DNA of 53,039 nucleotides from Syntrophaceae bacterium UBA2208 (GTDB lineage Bacteria; Desulfobacterota; BSN033; UBA1163). The position numbers and the translations under genes were made by a program. Every line of letters begins with the position of its first letter. Within the stretch, counting starts at the first letter, position 1. Under the pieces are notes generated by a model, which was not told the origin of the DNA, did no database searches, and saw only the letters and a list, made by a program, of their open reading frames with translations. The stretch covers positions 21,584-74,622 of the forward strand of contig DCUS01000247.1 of NCBI GenBank assembly GCA_002327885.1, in the 5' to 3' direction. This document shows positions 37,000-46,510 of the stretch, in pieces.

Positions 37000-37896
37000 A
37001 TGGAGATTACCTTGAAGACTTTTAATATTGGAATTAAAAAAGTTGGGATAATGGGATGTGGCTTTATGGGATCTGAAATTGGTTATGTTTGTGCAAAAGA
37101 AGGATATAATGTAATAATGACTGATCTGAGCCAAGAAATTGTTGATAAGGGGATGGCACGAATTAAATCTAATTTGGAACATAGAGTTAATAAAGGAAGT
37201 ATAAGCAAAAACCAAATGATTGCATGTTTGGATCAAATCAACGGGACACCATTAATTAAAGATTTCTATGACTGTGATTTGGTTATCGAGGCGATAGTAG
37301 AAAAAATTGAAGCTAAGAGGGAAGTATTTGCTTCCTTAGATAAGATATGTAAAAGAGAGGCGATACTCGCAACAAACACTTCTAGTCTCTCTATTATTGA
37401 CATAGCAGCCCCAACCAAGCGGATGGAACAAGTGTTAGGAATGCATTTCTTTCCTCCTATAGAACTTATGCCACTACTCGAGATATCAAAATCAATTGCA
37501 ACAAGTGGAGAGGTTGCTAAAGTAGCTGTAGACTTTGGTGAATCATTAGGACTGAAAGTCATTGTTACAAATGATTATCCTGCATTTATTGTAAATAATA
37601 TAGCTGGTCCTATGATGCTTCAAGGAGTGCGATTATTAGAGAAAGGGCTCTCAAGCCCTGAAGAAATAGATCAGTCGATCAGGATAGCATTGGGACACCC
37701 AATAGGGCCTCTTTCGCTCTTAGATTATGTAGGGCTTGATGTGGTGCTAAATATGGCAAAGAGTGTATATGAAGAAACTAAGGATATGATATGGGCACCT
37801 CCTTTACTTTTGAGGAAAATGGTAGCTGCTGGGTGGCTTGGAAGGAAAACTGGAAAAGGTTTTTACAATTATAAGAGAGAAAATGGGAGCACATGA
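37000..37896 (+). CDS. 3-hydroxyacyl-CoA dehydrogenase family protein
   Basis: The likely start is ATG 37000; the track start is 36967. VGIMGCGFMGSEIG Rossmann fold, ...ATNTSSLSI..., and a C-terminus identical over 33 aa to the paralogue at 13932. Confidence 0.88.
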   Translation: MEITLKTFNIGIKKVGIMGCGFMGSEIGYVCAKEGYNVIMTDLSQEIVDKGMARIKSNLEHRVNKGSISKNQMIACLDQINGTPLIKDFYDCDLVIEAIVEKIEAKREVFASLDKICKREAILATNTSSLSIIDIAAPTKRMEQVLGMHFFPPIELMPLLEISKSIATSGEVAKVAVDFGESLGLKVIVTNDYPAFIVNNIAGPMMLQGVRLLEKGLSSPEEIDQSIRIALGHPIGPLSLLDYVGLDVVLNMAKSVYEETKDMIWAPPLLLRKMVAAGWLGRKTGKGFYNYKRENGST

Positions 37897-37934
37897 TTTG
37901 TGCCTTATTTTCCTCAAATATAAGTGAGGTAGAT

Positions 37935-39119
37935 ATGGCAGGGCCTCTGGATGGTTTGAAGATATTAGATTTTACCACACTATTACCTGGAACATATGCT
38001 ACATTGGTTTTCTCAGATTTGGGTGCAGAAATACTGAGAATTGTTTCTAGGACAAGGCCTAATATAGAAGCATCAATGCCACCATTTATCCCTAACACGA
38101 ATATTTCTGCACATGTAGCCTACTTGGGACGGGGAAAACGCTCTATGACTCTCAACCTGAAGGATTCCCGAGCTATTAACATTGTTCATCGGTTGATCAA
38201 GAAATACGATATCATTATCGAACAATTTCGTCCCGGAGTAATGAAAAAGTTGCAATTAGATTATCAACGCTTGCAAGAAGTAAATCCTTCCATAATTTAT
38301 TGTTCATTGACGGGATATGGCCAAACAGGTCCTTTTACTTTCAAGGCTGGCCATGATATAAACTACTTAGCTCGTTCCGGTATTATTTCTTATTCGGGGA
38401 GGAAAGAAACGGGTCCTACGCTCATGGGTATCCAGATTGCAGACTTAGCTTCAGGTTCCTTCAATTCGGTCATCGGTATCCTGTCTGCTGTGATTCACCG
38501 AAATAGGTCTGGCAAGGGCCAATATGTAGACATTTCTATGACTGACGGTGTGATCGCATTTAATGCACTGGTGGGCACCGCCTATTTATTAGACGGCCAA
38601 GAAATAGGGCCCGAGGGTCACTTCCTCAATGGTGGTTCTCTTTATGATTTCTATGAAACTAAGGATGGTAAATTTGTAAGTTTCGGAGGATTGGAGCCCA
38701 AATTCTTCTACGCATTCTGTCAGACTATCGGGCGTCCAGACCTTATTTCTGGAGGTGTTAGCCCCCCTGACCTCCAAAGAGTCAAAGAAGAGGTTAAAGA
38801 AATTATAAAAGCTAAGACACGGGATGAATGGGTGGGTATATTTTCTAATGTAGATGCTTGTGTTGAGCCAGTGCTAACAATCTCTGAGGCATTAAACGAC
38901 CCACAGGTCAAAGAAAGGCGTATGGTAGTCGAGATCGAACTCCCGAAACGAGGTGAACACATTAAGCAACTGGCCAATCCCATTAAATTTTCAGAAACAC
39001 AACAAGAATATAGAGGAATTGGCCTGCCTGCTGAAACACATACAAAAGAGATTATGATGGAAATAGGTTACACAGAAAAAGAGATTGAGGAGTTTGAAAA
39101 AACAGGTCTTTTTAATTAG
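37935..39119 (+). CDS. family III CoA-transferase, alpha-methylacyl-CoA racemase-like
   Basis: ATG 37935 gives MAGPLDGLKILDFTTLLPGTYATLVFSDLGAEILRI. Catalytic-Asp segment GIQIADLASG. Confidence 0.88.
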   Translation: MAGPLDGLKILDFTTLLPGTYATLVFSDLGAEILRIVSRTRPNIEASMPPFIPNTNISAHVAYLGRGKRSMTLNLKDSRAINIVHRLIKKYDIIIEQFRPGVMKKLQLDYQRLQEVNPSIIYCSLTGYGQTGPFTFKAGHDINYLARSGIISYSGRKETGPTLMGIQIADLASGSFNSVIGILSAVIHRNRSGKGQYVDISMTDGVIAFNALVGTAYLLDGQEIGPEGHFLNGGSLYDFYETKDGKFVSFGGLEPKFFYAFCQTIGRPDLISGGVSPPDLQRVKEEVKEIIKAKTRDEWVGIFSNVDACVEPVLTISEALNDPQVKERRMVVEIELPKRGEHIKQLANPIKFSETQQEYRGIGLPAETHTKEIMMEIGYTEKEIEEFEKTGLFN

Positions 39120-39187
39120 ATTATATCCGAATATGTTTTAATTATAGGTATTGTTAGTAAAAGTTTTCTTAAATATATTCATCGATA

Positions 39188-39946
39188 ATGTCGGGTAAAA
39201 TCCTAAGTATACAGAAAAATAGCCATATAGAAATTATCACCGTAAATTTGACCAAACCGGATCGAGTAAAATCACTACGACTATTAGATGAATTTGTTCA
39301 ACTTTTTATTGAGATAGCTTGGGATAAAGAGGTAAAGGTAGTAATTCTCTCGATTGCTGACGAGAAACCTTTTTCTTTAGATTCAGTCTCGGGACTCTAT
39401 AAAGAAGAGGAGATGGAATTTTGGTCTTTAACTGAACCAGTTGCCAAACTTGATAAACCAGTGATTGCGGTGATGAATGGAAATGCGATCGAGCAAGGGC
39501 TTGAGTTAGCATTGGCCTGTGATATAAGGATTGCTACGGAAACGGCTCATTTTGGGTTGCCCCAATTAAAATTTGGCATGATACCTTGGGATGGCGGAAC
39601 TCAACGTTTGGCACGCCTGTTAGGAAGGGGTAAAGCCTTAGAAATGGTCCTTACTGGAGAAACAATAGATGCCAAAGAAGCGTATCGAATTGGTCTGGTG
39701 AATAAGGTTGTTCCTCCTGATAAGCTTATGACAGTGGCGATGGATGTGGCAAAGGAGATGGCGGCGAGAGGTCCGATTGCATTGAGATATGCGAAGGAGG
39801 CAATATACAAAGGGATGGATATGACACTAAAACAGGGATTACGTCTGGAGGCTGATCTCTATCTTTTATTACATACTACAAAAGATCGCGTTGAGGGGAT
39901 TCAGGCCTTCCGGGAAAAGAGGACGCCGAAGTTTGAAGGAAAGTAA
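39188..39946 (+). CDS. crotonase-superfamily protein with degenerate active-site motifs
   Basis: The fold is clear (...ELALACDIRIA...GMIPWDGGTQRLARLLG...). However, the oxyanion segment is PFSLDSVS, the GGG loop reads EQG, and the G-x-P-E segment reads GLPQ (Gln). Confidence 0.8.
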   Translation: MSGKILSIQKNSHIEIITVNLTKPDRVKSLRLLDEFVQLFIEIAWDKEVKVVILSIADEKPFSLDSVSGLYKEEEMEFWSLTEPVAKLDKPVIAVMNGNAIEQGLELALACDIRIATETAHFGLPQLKFGMIPWDGGTQRLARLLGRGKALEMVLTGETIDAKEAYRIGLVNKVVPPDKLMTVAMDVAKEMAARGPIALRYAKEAIYKGMDMTLKQGLRLEADLYLLLHTTKDRVEGIQAFREKRTPKFEGK

Positions 39947-40005
39947 TGCTTCCATTTCAAATTTCAAATTGAAGGTTGGAATAGTTGTAAGACTCGGAGG
40001 CTTCA

Positions 40006-40770
40006 TTGAGCGGTTTTAAGACACTCATTTACGAAAAAAAGGATTATATTGCTTATTTGACGCTGAATCGTCCCGAGGCTCTAAATGTCTATAATATCCA
40101 AATGCGGGATGACCTCTATGAAGTGCTGAGCGCCATTAGGGATGATGATGAAGTAAGAGTGGCAATCTTTAAAGGGGCAGGGGAAAAAGCATTCTGTGCA
40201 GGAGCGGATCTGAGTGAATTTATTACTGCGCCTTCACCCATTATTGCGAGACACGTGCGGTTTGAACGGGATGTTTGGGGCCTTTTTTTGAGCGTTCCTC
40301 AACCCCTCCTTGCCGCCCTTCACGGATATGTCTTAGGTTCTGGTATTGAGATCGCGCTCTGCTGCGACATTCGTATCGCTTCGGAAGATGTTCGTTTCGG
40401 CCTGCCTGAGGTTGGATTGGGGATCATACCGGCTGCTGGAGGGACACAGACTCTGCCTCGAACTATTGGCCGGGGAAGAGCATTAGAGATGTTACTCACC
40501 AATCGATGGTTGAGTGGTGAGGAAGCTTTTCAATATGGATTAGTCAATCAAATAGTGCCTCGAAGCAAACTCCTTGAGACTGCTGAGGAGATGGCCAGAA
40601 AAATTGCTTCTTATGATCCCATGGCAGTCAGAAATGCCAAACAGGCCGTTGTAAAAGGTTTAGATCTCCCCCTTCCACAAGGGTTGGATCTAGAAAAAAG
40701 GCTTGCATCCGAGCTATCCTTGATGACTCGTAGAGGAGTTGGAAAGACCAGGGAGGAAGATAAGGAATGA
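40006..40770 (+). CDS. enoyl-CoA hydratase/isomerase family protein (canonical motifs)
   Basis: TTG start after GGAGGC. Motifs ...KAFCAGADL..., GYVLGSGIEIALCCDIRIA, and GLPEVGLGIIPAAGGTQTL. Confidence 0.85.
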   Translation: MSGFKTLIYEKKDYIAYLTLNRPEALNVYNIQMRDDLYEVLSAIRDDDEVRVAIFKGAGEKAFCAGADLSEFITAPSPIIARHVRFERDVWGLFLSVPQPLLAALHGYVLGSGIEIALCCDIRIASEDVRFGLPEVGLGIIPAAGGTQTLPRTIGRGRALEMLLTNRWLSGEEAFQYGLVNQIVPRSKLLETAEEMARKIASYDPMAVRNAKQAVVKGLDLPLPQGLDLEKRLASELSLMTRRGVGKTREEDKE

Positions 40771-42320
40771 ACACCACTGATTTTTTAAGTATCGCCAATG
40801 CCATTTGCCCGGAAAGGGATTGTATGGTGTTTGAAGGGAAAAGGTACACATATGCCCAAACGAATGAGCGGGCCAATCGATTGGTCAATGCTTTGGTTAA
40901 ATTAGGAGTAGAAAAAGGAGACCGGGTAGGGATTTTACAGGTCAATTGTAATCAATATATTGAGACCTATTATGCCGCAGCCAAATTGGGTGCGATCTTT
41001 GTTCCTCTGAATTTTAGGGCGAAGGCCGAAGAATTGGCCTATATGATCACGAATGCCGAGGCCAAAATCCTTTTTGTGGGGAGCAGGTACTTGGAATTAA
41101 TCCATCAAATAAGGCCCCAATTAGGAATGGTTAAGGAGTGTATCTCGATTGATAGCAAGGAGGGGCCCTATTACGAAAACTTAATTCAGTCGGTTTCTTC
41201 AGAAGAGCTTTATTCTGAAATTGGTGATGAAGACATCACCATATTAATGTATACTTCCGGTACGACAGGCCGTCCCAAAGGAGTGCCATTAAGACATAAT
41301 GCATTTGTAAGTTATGTTCTGGAGAATGTTGAGCCCGCAAGTCCGGAGATTGAAGAGAGGAACTTGCTGACCGTTCCCTTGTATCATGTGGCAGGAATTC
41401 AGGCGATGTTAGCCGCCATTTATGGGGGCCGGACCCTGGTGATGATGAAGCAGTTTGAGGTGAAAGAGTGGATCGAGACGATTCAGCAGGAGAAGGCGAC
41501 ACGGGCGATGTTGGTTCCGACCATGCTGAAAAGGGTGATCGATGATCCCAGCTTTCATAAATACGACTTATCGAGCCTGAAGGTGATCACCTATGGTGCC
41601 GCTCCTATGCCCTTTGAAGTCATTAACAAAGCCATCAAGTTGATGCCCTGGGTGAGGTTTATCAATGCCTTTGGGCAGACAGAAACCGCTTCTACGATAA
41701 CCACTTTGGGGCCTGAGGATCATATTATTGAAGGGACAGAAGAGGAGAAAGAGAAAAAGCTGAGAAGACTAAGTTCCTCGATAGGAAAACCGTTGCCAGA
41801 TGTGGAGGTTAAAATTGTCGATGAGGAAGGAAAAACATTATCCTCATTGGAGGTGGGAGAGATATTAGCCCGAGGTCCTCGGATCATGACTGGATATTGG
41901 CAAGATGAGCAGAAAACCTCTCAGGTGATGATGGAAGGGGGTTGGCTTCGGACAGGGGATATGGGATATATGGATGAGGAAGGTTATATCTATCTAACGG
42001 GCCGTGGGGATGATATGATCATCCGGGGGGGAGAGAATGTCTCACCGGAAGAGGTTGAGGAAGTGCTTCATTCCCATCCTAAAATTGATGAGGCGGCGGT
42101 CATTGGTGTTTCCGATCCGGAATGGGGGCAGGAGCCTCGAGCAGTGGTCGTTTTAAAGAAGGGAGAAACTACCACTCAAGATGAAATCATTGAATTCTGC
42201 CGCACGAGACTGGCTGGTTTTAAACGGCCAAGGTCAGTCGTATTTTTGGACTCCTTGCCGCGCAATCCGATGGGTAAGGTTTTAAGAAAGAAGCTTCGAG
42301 AGGAATATGGGCAGCCTTAA
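40767..42320 (+). CDS. AMP-forming acyl-CoA synthetase/ligase
   Basis: ATGA overlap with the upstream gene. Motifs YTSGTTGRPKGVPLRH, ...GQTE..., ...GDMGYMDEEGYIYLTGRGDD..., and ...NPMGKVLRKKL. Confidence 0.9.
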   Translation: MNTTDFLSIANAICPERDCMVFEGKRYTYAQTNERANRLVNALVKLGVEKGDRVGILQVNCNQYIETYYAAAKLGAIFVPLNFRAKAEELAYMITNAEAKILFVGSRYLELIHQIRPQLGMVKECISIDSKEGPYYENLIQSVSSEELYSEIGDEDITILMYTSGTTGRPKGVPLRHNAFVSYVLENVEPASPEIEERNLLTVPLYHVAGIQAMLAAIYGGRTLVMMKQFEVKEWIETIQQEKATRAMLVPTMLKRVIDDPSFHKYDLSSLKVITYGAAPMPFEVINKAIKLMPWVRFINAFGQTETASTITTLGPEDHIIEGTEEEKEKKLRRLSSSIGKPLPDVEVKIVDEEGKTLSSLEVGEILARGPRIMTGYWQDEQKTSQVMMEGGWLRTGDMGYMDEEGYIYLTGRGDDMIIRGGENVSPEEVEEVLHSHPKIDEAAVIGVSDPEWGQEPRAVVVLKKGETTTQDEIIEFCRTRLAGFKRPRSVVFLDSLPRNPMGKVLRKKLREEYGQP

Positions 42321-42422
42321 AAATTGTTAATATCCAATGGACAATGGTCGATAATCAGTAAAACAGCAATTCGTAGGATTATATAGTGACGATTGATTTC
42401 TCAAAAGGAGGGACAAGGGAAC

Positions 42423-42542
42423 ATGGCAAATCAAGTGGGAAAGAGGTATGTCTGTAAGAAATGCGGTGCGGAGTTTATAGTGACACGGGGTGGCAATGGG
42501 ACATTGCACTGTTGCGGTCAACCGATGGAACTTAAGAAATAG
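42423..42542 (+). CDS. desulforedoxin-like Fe(Cys)4 mini-protein (39 aa), not in the ORF track
   Basis: AAGGAGGG RBS 9 nt upstream. MANQVGKRYVCKKCGAEFIVTRGGNGTLHCCGQPMELKK* shows the C-x2-C ... C-C pattern and the Y-x-C..CG...V..GG..L.CCG..M signature of desulforedoxin. Confidence 0.75.
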   Translation: MANQVGKRYVCKKCGAEFIVTRGGNGTLHCCGQPMELKK

Positions 42543-42579
42543 CCTGTTGATGTGATCGTTCGATAAGGAGACTTTAACT

Positions 42580-42720
42580 ATGAGCCAGCTTGGGAAAAGA
42601 TACCGTTGTTCAGTATGTGGGACGGAGATCCTTTGTACGAAAGCAGGTGAGGGCAAACCTGTCTGTTGTGACAAGGAAATGGAAATTCAGGAACCCAAAC
42701 CTTTACCTTCGTCGGATTAA
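42580..42720 (+). CDS. desulforedoxin-like Fe(Cys)4 mini-protein (46 aa), not in the ORF track
   Basis: AAGGAG RBS (42565-70). MSQLGKRYRCSVCGTEILCTKAGEGKPVCCDKEMEIQEPKPLPSSD* has the same C-x2-C ... C-C arrangement. Confidence 0.7.
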   Translation: MSQLGKRYRCSVCGTEILCTKAGEGKPVCCDKEMEIQEPKPLPSSD

Positions 42721-42832
42721 GATAAGATTCTCTCATTGCATACCATAGCATTTTCATCCAAACATTAGCTGCAGGAAAGTTTGGTAAAATCTTTTCTGGT
42801 TTTAGATCTATTTAAGCTAAAAATGGAAGAGG

Positions 42833-43678
42833 ATGTCCAAGACTATCGAGCCTAATGAAAAGTATCTAAATATTAATGGAATACATTTCCACTATCTTGA
42901 TTGGGGGAATATTGGACATCAGCCTATTTTGCTCCTTCATGGGTTTATGGCTCATGCGTATGTATGGGATGATTTTGGACAAACCTTTAGAAACCGATAT
43001 CATGTCATAGCCTTGGATCAGCGAGGGCACGGGGAAACCCAATGGTGCATAGATGGGGCATATTCCATATACGATTATTTTTCAGATATTGTGTGTTTTG
43101 TTGAAATTCTGGGTTTAAGAGATCTAATTATCATTGGTCACTCCATGGGAGGCCGAAATGCATTAATCTACACTGCCTGCTATCCTGAAAATGTAGAACG
43201 ACTCGTTCTCATTGATGCCCGGCCCGGGAATGATCCCGCATCTTCCAAAGCATTAAAGAATCTTATTAAACATATTCCGCTACAAGCTGGTTCATGTGAA
43301 GAAGTTGTGGAGAAAATCAACACCCTCTCTCCGTATCTTTCAAAGGAAGTTTGTAGCCATATCGTAGTCCGTGGCTTCAAGAAAATGCGTAATGAGATGA
43401 TGTTACCTAAATTTGACGTTGGAATGATTCAACAATTAGAAAAATTGGATTACGACACTGAAGACCTTTGGCCTTTCCTTCAGAATGTAAACTGTCTAAG
43501 TTTGGTGATACGGGGAGAAAGGAGCTCTTTCTTATCGAAGAAAGTAGCTCAAAGGATTTGTAGATTGATTCCAAATGCCGAGTTAAGAGAAATACCTAAA
43601 TCTTCACATTTTCCTGCACAGGAGAATCCCATTGCCCTTAATGAGGTCATTTCAGAATTTTTAAATCAACGAAGATAA
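42833..43678 (+). CDS. alpha/beta-fold hydrolase
   Basis: 281 aa. ...LLLHGF... oxyanion region, nucleophile elbow GHSMGG, and a late His (...SSHFP...). Confidence 0.85.
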   Translation: MSKTIEPNEKYLNINGIHFHYLDWGNIGHQPILLLHGFMAHAYVWDDFGQTFRNRYHVIALDQRGHGETQWCIDGAYSIYDYFSDIVCFVEILGLRDLIIIGHSMGGRNALIYTACYPENVERLVLIDARPGNDPASSKALKNLIKHIPLQAGSCEEVVEKINTLSPYLSKEVCSHIVVRGFKKMRNEMMLPKFDVGMIQQLEKLDYDTEDLWPFLQNVNCLSLVIRGERSSFLSKKVAQRICRLIPNAELREIPKSSHFPAQENPIALNEVISEFLNQRR

Positions 43679-43748
43679 TCAGACTGCCAAATTAATTACA
43701 CTTGTTTATGGAAACACATTTGAAAAATATGAGATATGAGGGGACTCA

Positions 43749-44744
43749 ATGATTGAAGAAATCCTGACAAATCTTTATAAAATGGAAATTCCCCTTCCGC
43801 AGAGTCCTCTTAAATCACTCAATTCCTATGTCATAAAGGCGCTAGACCGAAATTTGATTATCGATACCGGGATGAACCGGGAAGAATGCCTGAAAGCAAT
43901 GATGTCTGGTTTGATGGAACTTGCAGTTGATATAAGGAAAACAGACTTTTATATTACTCATTTACACCCAGACCATCTTGGCCTTGTTTCGAGCCTTGCC
44001 ACAGATAGCTCAACAATACACTTCAACCAGCCAGACGCTGATCGGATAAAAGCTGGCATTTTCTTGGATGATCTTATTGGGTTTGTTCGTTTGAATGGTT
44101 TTCCGGAAGATGAACTTCAAACCATCTCCTATACCCATCCTGTCTTTAAATACAGACCAAAAGAGAATCTGGATTTTCATGTCTTGAAAGAGAATCTGGA
44201 TTTTCATGTCTTGAAAGAAGGCGATACAATTAGCATATCGGACTACATATTCAATTGCGTTGAAACGCCTGGCCATACCAAGGGGCATATGTGCCTTTAT
44301 GAACCTAACAAGAAAATCTTTGTGGCTGGGGATCATATTCTTAGCGATATAACCCCCAACATTCTATTGATGTCTGACGAGTGGGATCCCTTAAAGGCAT
44401 ATCTGGAAAGTCTGGACAAGGTCTATGGGCTTGATATCGAGTTGGTATTGCCGGGTCACAGAGGCACTTTTACGAACTGGAGAGAGAGGATTCAGGAATT
44501 AAAACATCATCATCAGGAGAGATTGGATGAGATCATTTCTATTTTAGGAAAAGGTATGAAGAGTGCTTTTCAAATAGCATCACAGATGAGTTGGGATATT
44601 CTCTATGACTCCTGGGATTTATTCCCTGTTCCACAAAAATGGTTTGCCACTGGGGAGACAATCGCTCACTTGAAATACCTCGAGGAAAAAGGGATTATAA
44701 AAAAGGAGATGATAGAACAGAGGATAATCTACGCATTGAATTGA
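43749..44744 (+). CDS. MBL-fold metallo-hydrolase
   Basis: HxHxDH motif (THLHPDHLG), with later ...TPGHTKGH... and ...GDH... ligand segments. Carries an in-frame 27-bp tandem duplication. Confidence 0.85.
   Translation: MIEEILTNLYKMEIPLPQSPLKSLNSYVIKALDRNLIIDTGMNREECLKAMMSGLMELAVDIRKTDFYITHLHPDHLGLVSSLATDSSTIHFNQPDADRIKAGIFLDDLIGFVRLNGFPEDELQTISYTHPVFKYRPKENLDFHVLKENLDFHVLKEGDTISISDYIFNCVETPGHTKGHMCLYEPNKKIFVAGDHILSDITPNILLMSDEWDPLKAYLESLDKVYGLDIELVLPGHRGTFTNWRERIQELKHHHQERLDEIISILGKGMKSAFQIASQMSWDILYDSWDLFPVPQKWFATGETIAHLKYLEEKGIIKKEMIEQRIIYALN
44160..44213 (+). repeat. perfect 27-bp in-frame tandem duplication inside the MBL gene
   Basis: aaagagaatctggattttcatgtcttg occurs at 44160-44186 and again at 44187-44213. 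It encodes KENLDFHVL twice. Confidence 0.95.
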
Positions 44745-44762
44745 AAGTTCTAAGTTTAGGCT

Positions 44763-45431
44763 ATGGAGAAGAAATTTCATTTCGAAAAGGAGGCTCTTTT
44801 GGCTTCAGGCGTAAATGGAAAAGACGAGTTAGCGATTTACGAAAATAGACTTCATATCATACTCCAGCGGTTCCTCTCAGAGAATCTACAAGTTCCAGAT
44901 CCGGTAAGAAAGGCGAGAGACCTTTTTAACTGGTTGGAGAAAGAGAAACCGGCCCGTTATGAACCTCATGGTCAGTTTCGGTTAAGTGACGTCATTGATG
45001 CCCAACTCAGCAAAGACAATCAAGCTGTCGGAAACTGTTTAGGCCTAACACTACTTTATAATTGTCTCCTCAAAAGAATGGGCATCGATGCAGATGCCTT
45101 ATATTTGGACAATGCCTTTAGAATGGGGCCTCATGTACTAACTATTCTAAAGACAGAAGAATCATCGATAGATATAGAAAATATTTTACCCGATGGATTT
45201 GAATATAAAGGACATCTTAATAATCAATCGAGAACAAGGTGGGAGGACAAGGAGTTAGTGGCTGATATTTATCATAGTCTGGGTAATGAATATTTTGGAA
45301 AAGGGGAATTTACTAAAACCTTAAAAAACTATAACATGGCCATCAAACTAAATCCTCAATATGAAAAAGCACGCCTCAACAAAGCTATTTTGATGGACAA
45401 GACCCGGGATAACAAAGGCAAAGTCATTTAG
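44763..45431 (+). CDS. transglutaminase-like cysteine-peptidase-fold protein with a C-terminal TPR
   Basis: 222 aa. ...GNCLGLTLLYNCLLKRMGI... (G-x-C nucleophile segment), later ...GPHVL... and ...IDIEN.... The C-terminus has a TPR-like ...LGNEYFGKGEFTKTLKNYNMAIKLNPQYEKA. Confidence 0.6.
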   Translation: MEKKFHFEKEALLASGVNGKDELAIYENRLHIILQRFLSENLQVPDPVRKARDLFNWLEKEKPARYEPHGQFRLSDVIDAQLSKDNQAVGNCLGLTLLYNCLLKRMGIDADALYLDNAFRMGPHVLTILKTEESSIDIENILPDGFEYKGHLNNQSRTRWEDKELVADIYHSLGNEYFGKGEFTKTLKNYNMAIKLNPQYEKARLNKAILMDKTRDNKGKVI

Positions 45432-45439
45432 GCTTGATA

Positions 45440-46394
45440 ATGAAACGAACCAGGGTTTGTGATCTGCTTGGAATCGAGTACCCCATCATACAAGGAGGTA
45501 TGCTCTGGCTTGCAACAGCTGAGCTTGCTTCAGCTGTTTCCAATGCAGGAGGACTGGGTGTGATCAGTCCTTTTGCAGGGATGGAAAAAGATGGAGATTC
45601 TTCAAGAAATCTTGAACTCCAGATAACTAGAGTCAGGGATTTAACCGAAAAACCATTTGGTGTTAACATTCCCCTCTATCTCCAGGAGAGCGGAATTCTT
45701 CTGGACGTTATCCTAAAAAAGGAAGTTCGAATTGTAATCACTGCAGGAGGAGATCCTGGTCATTTTACAGATCTTCTGCATCAGGAGGGGAGGAAGGTTC
45801 TACACGTTGTCATTTCGGTCAGACAGGCTCAGAGAGCGGAATTCTCAAAAGTGGGCTCTCATTATTGAAGGGGTAGAGGCGGGGGCTTATGTCGGATTTG
45901 ACGAGATACCTCTTTTCTCTCTAATCCCTCAAGTGGCTGATGTTGTTTCCAACCCTATGATCGCCGCAGGTGGGATTGTCGATGCCAGAGGGGTTTTGGC
46001 GGCCTTTGCGCTTGGAGCCGAGGGAGTGCAGTTAGGTACTCGCTTTGTGGTAGTTGAGGAGAATATCGCAAACCAAAATTATAAGCAGGCTATTATCGAG
46101 GCAAAAGACAAGGATGCGGTGGTTACTTATAGGAGATTATTACCTACAAGAAATCTTAGAACGGAATTTACAAGGCGCTTGCTGGAATTGGAGACCTCCG
46201 GTGCTCCGACTGAGGAAATCAGAGATTACCTGGGTTTTAGTCGTGCGAGAAAGGGTCAAATAGAGGGGAACCTGGTGAATGAAGAAGCCTACTACGGAGC
46301 GTCAGTAGACTTAATAAGGGAGATTATTCCTGTTGCCATGGTGATTCGAAGACTTGTGGAAGAGTACGAGAAAATCGTGAAGAAGTTTGTCTGA
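45440..46394 (+). pseudogene. nitronate monooxygenase/FabK-like gene interrupted by a frameshift
   Basis: ORF 45434-45868 carries the N-terminal half (...YPIIQGGMLWLATAELASAVSNAGGLGVI...KVLHVVISVRQAQRAE). ORF 45807-46394, in the +1 frame, carries the rest (NSQKWALIIEGVEAGAYVG...AAGGI...GAEGVQLGTRF). The join maps to about 45836-45842. Confidence 0.8.
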
Positions 46395-46510
46395 ATGCTA
46401 AATCGAAATTTTATAGTTTAGGACTGAAATTTTCAATAGAGGTGTTATGCTTTTTAAAGCAAGCGATTGTCTTTTTAATGTATTAAGGATATTATGATGG
46501 GGAGAAGGTT

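Noticed and set aside
42327-42674. 115-aa minus-strand ORF
   Set aside because: It is antisense to two RBS-preceded desulforedoxin-like genes with a clear family signature. It has no RBS and a low-complexity composition.
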